Source of the DNA: Nitrososphaeraceae archaeon
GTDB taxonomy: Archaea; Thermoproteota; Nitrososphaeria; Nitrososphaerales; Nitrososphaeraceae
Direction: 5' to 3'
Length of the DNA: 24,000 nt
Assembly (NCBI GenBank): GCA_021325295.1
Contig: JAJPHM010000027.1
Span: forward strand, 1 to 24,000
Below, in pieces: positions 8,032-16,576 of the stretch. Made by a program: the position numbers and the translations under genes. Position 1 is the stretch's first letter, and every line of letters starts with the position of its first letter. The notes beneath the pieces are model-generated. The model searched no databases and had not been told where the DNA came from. It was given only the letters and a program-made list of their open reading frames with translations.

Positions 8032-9759
8032 CTACCAGTACTTTGCTTTTATCAGCTCGATTACCTTTTCGTGCTCGGGTCCTTTTCTTCTGGCAAACCT
8101 TTCCATTGCGCTCAGAGGCACCCCGCCAAGGCTCCTTGCTAGGCCTGCAAAGAACCAGTTCTTTATTGGGTTATCCCGGCCTACCTTGTGCATGAATTTC
8201 TGGATTCCATACTTGAAGTTGTGTTGCCATGTCTTGTACATTACGCCCAGCTTGGCCGGATCCATCGTGTTGCCAATATCGTAAAAGTCTGATTTTTCAA
8301 GCAGCCCGATTGGAACGAAGGTAAGAGGAGTGGTTGTAAACTTGGAATCTGGCTGCTCAGTCTCTACCTCATGAATCAACCGGATTGTCTCCCAGCTGTC
8401 TTCCGGAGTCTCGTCATTGTTGAGGCCCATTATAAGGGTAAAGGCAGGCACCCAGTAATGCTCATTTAGCGTCTTGATGCCGGTCTTGACCACCCAGTGC
8501 CACTCTGCGGGCTTGAATGGAGCCAGCTTTCTGTCTGCATACTTGCCGATAAGCCGGGTGCTTCCAGTTTCAAATCCACACTGTATGCCGATATGGTTGT
8601 TGGGGCCTGCGTTGATAATCTTGGAGACATTGGGTATCAACCTCTCGTCAGCAATTGCTCCGGCCAATGTGCCATGGGTCGGGTTGGTGTGCTCTATGCC
8701 GGTTGCCATAATCCCTTTGAACAGCTCCTCTATTGCCTCTCTATTTGGCTGCATGTTCTTTGTAGTTCTTGGGTTCAACCCGTACACAAAAATATCATCG
8801 CTGTGGATCCATGCGTTCTTGAGTCCGCCATACTTCATGTTGATTTCGATCTCTTTCTTGACCTTCTCGACTGGGTAGTACCTGAGCGGCCTGAGTGTTA
8901 CATCGCAGAACTTGCAGCCCCTTCCACAGCCGCGCATCACTTCGACCATTCCATGTATGCTTGGGTTGATGATATTTGGAATTTCGTCAACCGACGGCTC
9001 GTTCCAGTAATGAATAAACCTGCCGTGGTAGGTGTGGCCATTTTTGACAAATTCTTTTACCTCGACTTTGAACTGGCTTTTCTTGAACGGGTTGGCTGTC
9101 TCAAGTTCGCCGTTGATCAAGGCGTCAAAGAACTTGCCACCTGCACCGTCTATCTCAGGCCCGATTCCTCCAAGCTCGCCTTCTACAATGCCATAGAGTT
9201 CATATTCTTCAATCTTGGCAGGATCGTAGTTGTACTGCCATGTACCTGAAGCTCCGGCAATTACCTTTGCCTTGCTTCCATTTCTTTTCTTGGCAGCATT
9301 TATGCGCATGTGCAGGTCCCTGTTGTAAAACTCGTCATAGGATGTCTGCTTTCTGCCGTAGGTAAACGTCATAGTTACTGGGCCCATTCCAAGTGGATCC
9401 ATTTCATAAGTTCCCACCACCTCGGTCTCGGGGCCTATAAACTGCTCTATGTAATCAGGGTGGGCCACCACCACGTCTTCGGGACTGTAGCCATCTCTTA
9501 CCAGAGCGGCCTCTACCTTGCGCAGCCCATATGGCGCATAGTTAGCCCTGCCGTTTGTGTGATCAATCGGATTGCAGATAAAATCAAAGAGCAATCTGGG
9601 AGTGACTTGATTTCCCATGACGTGGTACCAAAACGAGTTGTGGCTTCTATTCATGTCAAGGGCAGGCGCGCATCCAAAAAACGATGCAAGGGAAATTCCC
9701 CTGTACGGGGACATCAGAGTGCGGTCTGCACTGAGAACTATTTTCGGGTACTTTGGCAA
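8032..9759 (-). CDS. Radical SAM enzyme with a large N-terminal Rossmann/B12-binding-like domain; function unknown
   Basis: CGRGCKFC (CX3CX2C), encoded around 8900-8930, followed by GIQCGFETGS. N-terminal KIVLSADRTL...YGLRKVEAALVRDGY...VVGTYEMDP resembles class-B radical SAM N-domains. TTG start. Confidence 0.85.
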   Translation of the reverse strand: MPKYPKIVLSADRTLMSPYRGISLASFFGCAPALDMNRSHNSFWYHVMGNQVTPRLLFDFICNPIDHTNGRANYAPYGLRKVEAALVRDGYSPEDVVVAHPDYIEQFIGPETEVVGTYEMDPLGMGPVTMTFTYGRKQTSYDEFYNRDLHMRINAAKKRNGSKAKVIAGASGTWQYNYDPAKIEEYELYGIVEGELGGIGPEIDGAGGKFFDALINGELETANPFKKSQFKVEVKEFVKNGHTYHGRFIHYWNEPSVDEIPNIINPSIHGMVEVMRGCGRGCKFCDVTLRPLRYYPVEKVKKEIEINMKYGGLKNAWIHSDDIFVYGLNPRTTKNMQPNREAIEELFKGIMATGIEHTNPTHGTLAGAIADERLIPNVSKIINAGPNNHIGIQCGFETGSTRLIGKYADRKLAPFKPAEWHWVVKTGIKTLNEHYWVPAFTLIMGLNNDETPEDSWETIRLIHEVETEQPDSKFTTTPLTFVPIGLLEKSDFYDIGNTMDPAKLGVMYKTWQHNFKYGIQKFMHKVGRDNPIKNWFFAGLARSLGGVPLSAMERFARRKGPEHEKVIELIKAKYW

Positions 9760-9864
9760 TCTAAAGTTACCTATTTAAACTGAAGTATTTGCAGATTAAT
9801 TAAAAGCTTTCCAGTCATTGCTCCTCGCTTCCCTATCTACTCTACTTCTACTCTGGAGTCAAAA

Positions 9865-10731
9865 TCAATAAGGCACCCTGCGCCCTGACTTGTCTCTGTA
9901 CATCCTGCCAAATTCTGCCATTGTAGAAAGCTGTCTTTCATTGTAAATTGTCCCGTCTCTGCAGACAAGCTGGTCTCCGATGCAGCAGCTACTGCAAATA
10001 CCGATTCCACACTTCATGTACCGCTCAAGGCTTGCTTGGACAGGTAGAGAAGCCGAAGCGGCAAGGTCATAGACTTTTTTCATCATAAGCTCCGGCCCGC
10101 AGGTATATACGCAGTCAAATTTGGCGTTTTTTCTTGACCTTTCTTGTTTGCCTCCATCAACAAGCCTTGCCATCGCATCTGTGGCGTATCCTTTTTCGCC
10201 ATAGCTTCCATCTTCTGTAGTGACAATGACTTGATGACGTGTATCGCGCAGCAGGTCATTTGCCATCCTTTCAAAGAAGACTTCCTCTTTTGTCCTTGCC
10301 CCTATGATTATGGTTGTGTCTATTTTGTTGCTGTTCAGCTTCCTTGCCAGCCGCATAAGGGGAACAAGCCCGGTGCCGCCGCCAACAAGCAGGACTTTTT
10401 TGTTTTGGCCTATCTTGAATTCGTTTCCGTATGGCCCGCGCACGCCCAAAATGTCGCCGGGCCTCTTGTCAAAGAGCAGGGTTGAGCCATAGCCGTGCTT
10501 GCGTATAGTAAGGGCGGCAGAATCTTTGTTGTTTTTGTCTTTTCTGTCTGGAACCATCACACTCATTGGGAGCTCTTCGCCCCTTGGAATCCACACCATC
10601 AGAAACTGACCCGGCTTTGCCTCTGAACTCAGCCGGTCCTTAAAGACAATGGTCTTGACAGTAGGAGTCTCATGGACGATCTTGTCTATGATGACAACCC
10701 TTATCCTATTGATATCAATATTTATGGGCAA
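9865..10731 (-). CDS. pyrK: Dihydroorotate dehydrogenase electron-transfer subunit (FAD / 2Fe-2S)
   Basis: Ferredoxin-reductase-like fold motifs (LVGGGTGLVP) and a C-terminal MKCGIGICSSCCIGDQLVCRDG cluster motif. The start overlaps the pyrD stop by 17 nt. Confidence 0.85.
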   Translation of the reverse strand: MPINIDINRIRVVIIDKIVHETPTVKTIVFKDRLSSEAKPGQFLMVWIPRGEELPMSVMVPDRKDKNNKDSAALTIRKHGYGSTLLFDKRPGDILGVRGPYGNEFKIGQNKKVLLVGGGTGLVPLMRLARKLNSNKIDTTIIIGARTKEEVFFERMANDLLRDTRHQVIVTTEDGSYGEKGYATDAMARLVDGGKQERSRKNAKFDCVYTCGPELMMKKVYDLAASASLPVQASLERYMKCGIGICSSCCIGDQLVCRDGTIYNERQLSTMAEFGRMYRDKSGRRVPY

Positions 10732-11689
10732 GCCCTGAAATCTCCATTACGTTTTTCATGCCTTTCCTCTCCAGATATTTCTTGATTCCAGCTCCAATCT
10801 CGGCAAACACATCAATCCACCTATTGCCGATGGCACTGCCAATCTGCACAGCAGAGGCTCCGGCTAGAATAAACTCGACGGCATCTTCCCAGGTAGTTAT
10901 ACCGCCGCATCCAATTACAGGTATTCCTGCTTTGGATATCTCGTAAACGCATCTCACCGCCGCCGGCTTGATTGCGGCGCCTGAAAGCCCGCCTATTCTA
11001 TTGCTCAGAACAGGCATCCCGGTTTCTATATTGATAGTCATTGCGCGGATGGTGTTGATGGCCGTGATTGCATCAGCGCCTGATTCTTTTGCAACTTTGG
11101 CAATCTTGACAACATCTGCAGCGCCTATGCCTACCTTGATTATGACAGGCTTGCGCGTGCCGGCCTTGATCGCCTTTACAATCCTGCTGACCATTTCCGG
11201 ATCGTCACCAACTTCCATCCCCATCTTGGCTACGTGAGGGCAGGAGAGGTTAACCTCGTAGCCAATAACATTGCCAAGAGCATCAAACTTTTGTACCATC
11301 GGCGGGAACTCTTTATCAGAGGATCCGACCAGGCTGACAATTATTGGAATTCCTCTGCTAGGTGCAATTTCCTTTGAAAACGCCTCTGCGCCGGGGTTTG
11401 CAAGTCCGACCGCGTTGAGGTAGCTGTTGCTCCCCAGAGAAACTATGGTTGGATTTCTATATCCTTCGATAGGCTCGATGCTGATTGATTTGCTGACAAT
11501 AGCCCCTGCGCCGGCTCTGTAAAGCCTTGCGAATATGTCCTGCGAGATGCCAAGTATCCCGGAAGCAAGCATAGTAGGATTACGCAGGTGGAGGCCTGCA
11601 ACTGTTACAGCAAGTGCAGGGTCATCAGGCTGGACAGTTCGCTCATTGGTTGTCCTGCCGGCTTTGCTATTTGCCTTGCTTTTGGCCAT
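10715..11689 (-). CDS. pyrD: Dihydroorotate dehydrogenase catalytic subunit (class 1B-like)
   Basis: LRNPTMLASGILG, EVNLSCPH and GCGGITTWEDAVEFILAGASAVQIGSA. Adjacent to and overlapping pyrK. Confidence 0.9.
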   Translation of the reverse strand: MAKSKANSKAGRTTNERTVQPDDPALAVTVAGLHLRNPTMLASGILGISQDIFARLYRAGAGAIVSKSISIEPIEGYRNPTIVSLGSNSYLNAVGLANPGAEAFSKEIAPSRGIPIIVSLVGSSDKEFPPMVQKFDALGNVIGYEVNLSCPHVAKMGMEVGDDPEMVSRIVKAIKAGTRKPVIIKVGIGAADVVKIAKVAKESGADAITAINTIRAMTINIETGMPVLSNRIGGLSGAAIKPAAVRCVYEISKAGIPVIGCGGITTWEDAVEFILAGASAVQIGSAIGNRWIDVFAEIGAGIKKYLERKGMKNVMEISGLAHKY

Positions 11690-12062
11690 TTCCTTCTTTA
11701 CGACCGCCTGCTGCTTCTTCTTGTTCTTCCGATCCCCGTAATATATTAACTGGATTGCGGCTGCCGTCCCCTGCCTGCCTTTCGCTTCTTGTGTAGCTGA
11801 ACTTCAAGTAAAGGAGGATCAAGTTAAAGATAGTGGCAACTCCGTTTGCGCCAATTATCACAGGGTCGCTATGGGCCACGCCATAAACCATCCACAGAAT
11901 AGTTCCCGTTGAAAACATCAGCATAAGGTATTTCGAGACATCGTCCATGCTCTTTGTCTTGTATGCCCTGATTATCTGCGGCAAAAAGCTGGATGTTGTA
12001 AGTACAGCTGCAGATACGCCTATCAGGGAATCAAGGCCCAGCGATGCCAACGGTATCGGCAT
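11667..12062 (-). CDS. SemiSWEET / PQ-loop family small transporter with a charged C-terminal tail
   Basis: Three predicted TM helices with a PQ motif in TM1 (SSFLPQIIRAYKTKS). ATG 12062 gives a typical short N-terminus; the track start at 12119 is a TTG. The 40-aa hydrophilic tail overlaps the pyrD start by 23 nt. Confidence 0.65.
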   Translation of the reverse strand: MPIPLASLGLDSLIGVSAAVLTTSSFLPQIIRAYKTKSMDDVSKYLMLMFSTGTILWMVYGVAHSDPVIIGANGVATIFNLILLYLKFSYTRSERQAGDGSRNPVNILRGSEEQEEAAGGRKEGNGQKQGK

Positions 12063-12167
12063 ATTGAATCTGGATATGATTAATAAGTTAATGTATAATA
12101 TGGCACGCTGTATCAACAAAACAACGCAAGATAATAATTAATATGCCATGACGCAGATCGGGCTCCA

Positions 12168-12332
12168 TTGGCAGTTACACTGAAAGACTTGGTAGGCGGA
12201 AGCATAGTCGGTTCTGGCTCTGACTTTATTGTGATACAAAAGGACAAAAAACGCCTCCTTGTAGAAATTACCAGCTTTAGAGTTCAGGAACTGAAAAATG
12301 CCGGAACACCCTATGGATCGCAGATCGACTAG
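12168..12332 (+). CDS. Possible small protein, 54 aa, upstream of top6B
   Basis: Hand translation from TTG 12168: (M)AVTLKDLVGGSIVGSGSDFIVIQKDKKRLLVEITSFRVQELKNAGTPYGSQID*. An A/T box (agataataattaatat, 12129-12144) lies about 30 nt upstream. No family match is recognisable. Confidence 0.3.
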   Translation: MAVTLKDLVGGSIVGSGSDFIVIQKDKKRLLVEITSFRVQELKNAGTPYGSQID

Positions 12333-12402
12333 ACTGCTTAACTTTTCATGTCTATTGAGTCAATAAATTTCTTGTAAAAAGTTAAATTGAGTTATTGAAT
12401 AG

Positions 12403-14568
12403 TTGCAGCGTTTGAAACAAAAGGCTACTGTTGAGGTTGCAGCCAGTGCCGGGCAGAAGAATGCAAAACCGGCAAAGGTTAACAGCCAGCCGCCGGCACC
12501 TGTTCTCCAGCAGCCACTTGGCAGAGGAAAGGTGCGCTATGATAGAAAGGCAGAGTCAGAGTTCTTTGTTGATAATTCAGCCCTTGCCGGGTTTACTGGC
12601 GAGCGCATACTTTACATGGCAGTAAGGGAGCTAATTGAGAATTCATTAGATTCATGCGAAAGCAGCCACATCTTGCCCCATATTTCGCTATCAATGAAGA
12701 TGCTGGATCCTGCAAACGATATGTGGCTTATCTCCTGCCAGGATAACGGCATTGGCATACCTTCTGATAAAGTCCCCGTGGCTGTATGCTCTTTTCTAAC
12801 CTCTGGCAAGTATGTCGAGAAGCAGCAGCGAGGCCTCTTTGGAGTAGGCCTCAAGATGATTGCTGCCTTTTCAACAAAAGATACCGATCATCCACTAAAA
12901 GTCTGGTCAAAGTCAGAGGAAGAAAAATCAGAGCACTATTTTGAGCTCAGGACAGATATTGGCACAAACAAGCCGATTGTGCTTTTGAAAAAGACATTGA
13001 AGGCAGACGAATCCAGAATAACGAGCGACTCCGGTTTCAGGGTCGAAGCAATATTGCGAGCCCGGCTCTCGCCTATTACAAAAAGCAAGATTTATGATTA
13101 CATAAGCCAGACAAGCATAGTCAACCCTTATGCTGTGCTGGAATTTGAGACAGACGATGGCAAGGTCATGTTTGACAGAAGGACAACTGTCATGCCGCAG
13201 CCTGCAAAGGAAGTGCTGCCCCATCCGTCAGACATGGATCTGATGACGCTCAAAAAGGCAATAACGAATTTTATGAACCAAAAGACAACCTTGCAGGGTG
13301 TGCTATCAGGCTCGTTTCAAAAGCTTTCAGCAGAAAAGGCCAAAGAGATTATCAAAAATGCCGGCCTAGAAAACAAGCCTGCAGACAAGTATGACGAGCA
13401 TGAACTGATAGAAATAGTCAAAGTTTGCAAGAAGACCAAGTTCCATACCCCAAATACCGACCACCTGAGCCCGATAGGCGAAGAGATTCTGACAGTCGGC
13501 ATGACATCAGAGTATACCATTGTCACAAGCAGAGAGCCTCAGGCAGGGACAAAGGAAAAGGCAGAGCAGGGCATAGAGGATGCAGGCAACGGCAAGATGG
13601 TTGCTGCAGGCAACCCAACCCAGCCCCAGATAGCAGTCAAGATATTGAGGCCGGCATTGACAGCCTACTCATCAAAGACCTGCGTTGTCAATAACAGGCC
13701 GACAATAGTCGAGTGCGGGATAGCATACGGCGGCGACATCGGGTCTTTCAAGATATTCAGGTTTGCAAACAAGATTCCACTACTGTATGACGAAGGCTCT
13801 GATGTAGCCAGAGAGGTCGTATCAGAGGTGGAGATAAACAAGATGGGCATCTCCAAAAAGGAGGTAAAGGAACAGTTCGCCAACCCCGAAGCAAAATCTG
13901 ACAGGGCTGTCGAGCTGCTGCCACTCCACATCTTCTTCCATGTATGCTCGACCAAGATTCCATACAAGACTGCAGGCAAAGAGAGCATTGCCTCTGAAGG
14001 CGAGCTCAAGCATTACATGAAGTCATGTCTGTCTGACCTTTACAGAAAAGTGAGCGCCCAGATCCGCAAAGAGCTGCGGATGAAAGAAGCCCAGAGCAGG
14101 CTCAATCTTTACAAGTATTATATCCCGCTTATCGTCGGGGCAATTTCAGAATCTATCAAGGTTGATAGCATCAAGCTTGAGCAGGCGTTTACAGAGCTTG
14201 CAGAAAAACATGTTACCGGCGAAATTGCCGGTGCCCCTGTCCCCGAGAAGGAAGATGCAATTACAGGAAAAAGGATTGAGGAAGAAGCAGGAGAAGAAAA
14301 AGGAGCAAATATTGAAGTCAATAAAGGTAAAGTGAGCGCAGAGCAGATTGCAGCAAAAAGTGCCAAGCCAAACCCGCCAAGAAGCAGGCAGGTAAAGGAG
14401 GAAGTGGCAAAGGTGAAAGCGACAGTGCCAAAAGGTGAAAGAGCCAACCCAGTAGAGAAATTAAAAGCGACATGGAAGGGAGAAAAGAAAACAGCAAAAC
14501 AGGCTACAGGCCAGACCTCTTTGGATGTATATTCAGCCGCCGGAGATAAGAAGAGGAGCAAAAGGTAA
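12403..14568 (+). CDS. top6B: DNA topoisomerase VI subunit B
   Basis: SEFFVDNSALAGF, the Bergerat-fold motifs RELIENSLDS and DNGIGIP, and GLFGVGLK. H2TH/transducer region ends in ECGIAYGG. An alternative in-frame GTG start exists at 12532. Carries a long K/E-rich C-terminal tail. Confidence 0.9.
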   Translation: MQRLKQKATVEVAASAGQKNAKPAKVNSQPPAPVLQQPLGRGKVRYDRKAESEFFVDNSALAGFTGERILYMAVRELIENSLDSCESSHILPHISLSMKMLDPANDMWLISCQDNGIGIPSDKVPVAVCSFLTSGKYVEKQQRGLFGVGLKMIAAFSTKDTDHPLKVWSKSEEEKSEHYFELRTDIGTNKPIVLLKKTLKADESRITSDSGFRVEAILRARLSPITKSKIYDYISQTSIVNPYAVLEFETDDGKVMFDRRTTVMPQPAKEVLPHPSDMDLMTLKKAITNFMNQKTTLQGVLSGSFQKLSAEKAKEIIKNAGLENKPADKYDEHELIEIVKVCKKTKFHTPNTDHLSPIGEEILTVGMTSEYTIVTSREPQAGTKEKAEQGIEDAGNGKMVAAGNPTQPQIAVKILRPALTAYSSKTCVVNNRPTIVECGIAYGGDIGSFKIFRFANKIPLLYDEGSDVAREVVSEVEINKMGISKKEVKEQFANPEAKSDRAVELLPLHIFFHVCSTKIPYKTAGKESIASEGELKHYMKSCLSDLYRKVSAQIRKELRMKEAQSRLNLYKYYIPLIVGAISESIKVDSIKLEQAFTELAEKHVTGEIAGAPVPEKEDAITGKRIEEEAGEEKGANIEVNKGKVSAEQIAAKSAKPNPPRSRQVKEEVAKVKATVPKGERANPVEKLKATWKGEKKTAKQATGQTSLDVYSAAGDKKRSKR

Positions 14569-14584
14569 GGTGACTCGATAAAAG

Positions 14585-15691
14585 ATGCCAGCAACTGACA
14601 AGCGCCATCAAGAGGTAATCAAGAAAATAAAGCTCATCATGAAAGATGTAAGCGCAGACCTGATGGATCAAAAAGTTCTCCCTGTTCTGGATGTTCCAAA
14701 GGTGGGCTATGACAACACAATATGGTCAGAAGAAAAGAGGATGCTGACCATCGGCGACAAGACAGCAAGGATAAGCCCCGACAGCACAAAAAAGATTCCC
14801 ACTTTTGCGCAGTATCTTGTGATGGCAAACGCCGTTAGAAAGCTGCTTGATGAAGAGATGGAAAGCACAATCAGAGGAATGTACTACGCAACCCTCAGCA
14901 CCGTTGGAGACGAAAAGAACAAGCAGAAATTCTGGAACAGCCAGGAAAATTCAGACGATGCCATCAAGGCAGTCGAGCTTTTGACAGGAGTTCCAAGAGA
15001 AGAGTTTTCGGTTACGTCAAAGCCAAAGGGGATGATCTCCGGGCCCATTACCTTGCGGGTAGGAGGAGATCTGATTGATTGCAGCCTGGGCAGCAGGGCG
15101 ACTTCGCAGCTTATTCCAACCAATATCAGAGATGTCGAGATTGTAGACGTAAAGGCTGATTTTGTAATGGTTGTGGAAAAAGATACTGTGCTGAACAATA
15201 TCCGCAAATCAGGATTTATCCAGAAATATAACGCTATCCTTATGACCGGCTCAGGCGAGCCTGACAGGGCAACAAGGATGATGGTCAAGACACTAAACGA
15301 AGAATGGAAAATGCCTGTCGTGGTATTTGCCGATGCTGATCCTTGGGGCCTTGGCATTGCGTTGCGCTACAAGATAGGAAGCGAATCGCTCAGTTATGAT
15401 AGTGACAGGCTTGTAACCCCAGATGCGCAGGTGTTGGGCATGATGTTTTCAGATATTTACAGATACAATATCCCTGAAGTAGCTAGGCTGGCGGCCTCTG
15501 AAGAGGATATCAATAGAGCGCACGACATGAAGAAAAAGCCGTGGTTCCAAGATAAGAAATGGCAAAAAGAGCTGAATATATTTCTGGAGCACGAGGAGAA
15601 GTGTGAGCTGGACGCATTCTTCAAGCACGGGTTCAAGTACCTTGCAGAGACGTATCTGCCAGAGAAGCTGCGCGAAGCAGGCGTGATATAA
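14585..15691 (+). CDS. top6A: DNA topoisomerase VI subunit A (Spo11-like)
   Basis: Catalytic-Tyr region IRGMYYAT and Toprim motifs VVEKDTV and FADADPWGLGI. Starts 17 nt after the top6B stop. Confidence 0.9.
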   Translation: MPATDKRHQEVIKKIKLIMKDVSADLMDQKVLPVLDVPKVGYDNTIWSEEKRMLTIGDKTARISPDSTKKIPTFAQYLVMANAVRKLLDEEMESTIRGMYYATLSTVGDEKNKQKFWNSQENSDDAIKAVELLTGVPREEFSVTSKPKGMISGPITLRVGGDLIDCSLGSRATSQLIPTNIRDVEIVDVKADFVMVVEKDTVLNNIRKSGFIQKYNAILMTGSGEPDRATRMMVKTLNEEWKMPVVVFADADPWGLGIALRYKIGSESLSYDSDRLVTPDAQVLGMMFSDIYRYNIPEVARLAASEEDINRAHDMKKKPWFQDKKWQKELNIFLEHEEKCELDAFFKHGFKYLAETYLPEKLREAGVI

Positions 15692-15741
15692 CTAGACAGT
15701 CAAGAGTATAGACATTATTATCGGTAACGCTAAATACAGTT

Positions 15742-16413
15742 GTGGAGGCAAGGCTTGCAAATCTTCCAGTAGCTACTATTTCTATTGTCATTATAAATGC
15801 GGGAATTTTTGTGGCCGGCATACTTTCAAACTCTCAGGACAGGATCATTAGCGAATATGGATTTGTCCCTGATCAGCTGTTTCGCAGCAATACCGAACAT
15901 TCAGTCCTGAATCCCCAGTCTTCACTTGCGCCAGGCACCGCAGGCGCACTAGAAAAAATCTTCTCTTCTATGTTCATACACGCCAACATAATCCATATTG
16001 CGTTCAACCTTATAGCGCTGGTTTACTTGGGGGGCTATGCCGAAAGGTCGGTCGGGTCTCTCAGATATATCCTGATCTATTTTGTTTCCGGCGTGGCTGG
16101 CACGCTATTCTACGGCGCTCTGGCTTCATATGTAACCGGAACCGGGGGTGGAGTGCTGATTGGCGCTTCAGGTGCAATAGCAGGAGTGTTTGGAATAGCT
16201 GCTGCAACAGGAAACAGAAATGCATACTATTGGCTTATCATGCAGATAGTATTTGCAGTGATCGGCTCTTTTAGCAGAATCGCTCCCATTGCGTTTACAG
16301 CCCATGTAGGCGGCTTTATTGCCGGTGTGTTATTGACAAAATTGATGATAGAACTTGAGCGCAAAAGGAGGGCAAGCAGCGCGGAAGACGCATGGAGAAA
16401 CGAATGGAGATAA
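15742..16413 (+). CDS. Rhomboid-family intramembrane serine protease
   Basis: HANIIHIAFN, GASGAIAGVFG (GxSG) and HVGGFIAGV. Multi-TM protein. GTG start lies about 30 nt downstream of agtatagacattatta. Confidence 0.85.
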   Translation: MEARLANLPVATISIVIINAGIFVAGILSNSQDRIISEYGFVPDQLFRSNTEHSVLNPQSSLAPGTAGALEKIFSSMFIHANIIHIAFNLIALVYLGGYAERSVGSLRYILIYFVSGVAGTLFYGALASYVTGTGGGVLIGASGAIAGVFGIAAATGNRNAYYWLIMQIVFAVIGSFSRIAPIAFTAHVGGFIAGVLLTKLMIELERKRRASSAEDAWRNEWR

Positions 16414-16541
16414 TAGTAATAGCAGTACTGGATGTTGCACGTACAGACAAATAATTTAATTGATTACAGCACCAAGAAAAGTGCCAAGCCTGCACCTTAC
16501 TAATAGCAATGATATTCTGCCTCACAGCCGGTTCATTAACA

Positions 16542-16550
16542 CATATTTAC
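16542..16550 (+). promoter_or_regulatory. TATA-like box upstream of the malic enzyme gene
   Basis: catatttac, centred 27-30 nt upstream of GTG 16573 and ATG 16576. Confidence 0.35.
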
Positions 16551-16576
16551 TTACATTGTGGTTACCATCACAGTGA

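Noticed and set aside
8032-9759. Idea that the radical SAM protein is the tetraether (GDGT) lipid synthase
   Set aside because: As I recall, that enzyme binds several Fe-S clusters and needs many Cys residues. This protein has only six Cys, three of which form the SAM cluster motif. No sequence-level support, so the function is left open.
8474-9783. Long plus-strand ORFs (134, 250 and 157 aa) covering most of the radical SAM gene in antisense
   Set aside because: They are Cys/Trp-rich with no motifs, and they lie exactly opposite a strongly supported gene. Similar antisense ORFs shadow nearly every confident gene here (2547-3131, 6417-6941, 10144-10485, 13665-14009, 14884-15357, 16813-17271). 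This points to a codon-usage artefact.
14118-14594. 158-aa hydrophobic minus-strand ORF opposite the Top6B tail and the top6A start
   Set aside because: It is the antisense of a Lys/Glu-rich (purine-rich) coding stretch, which automatically yields Phe/Leu/Ser-rich pseudo-membrane sequence. It has no promoter or independent support.
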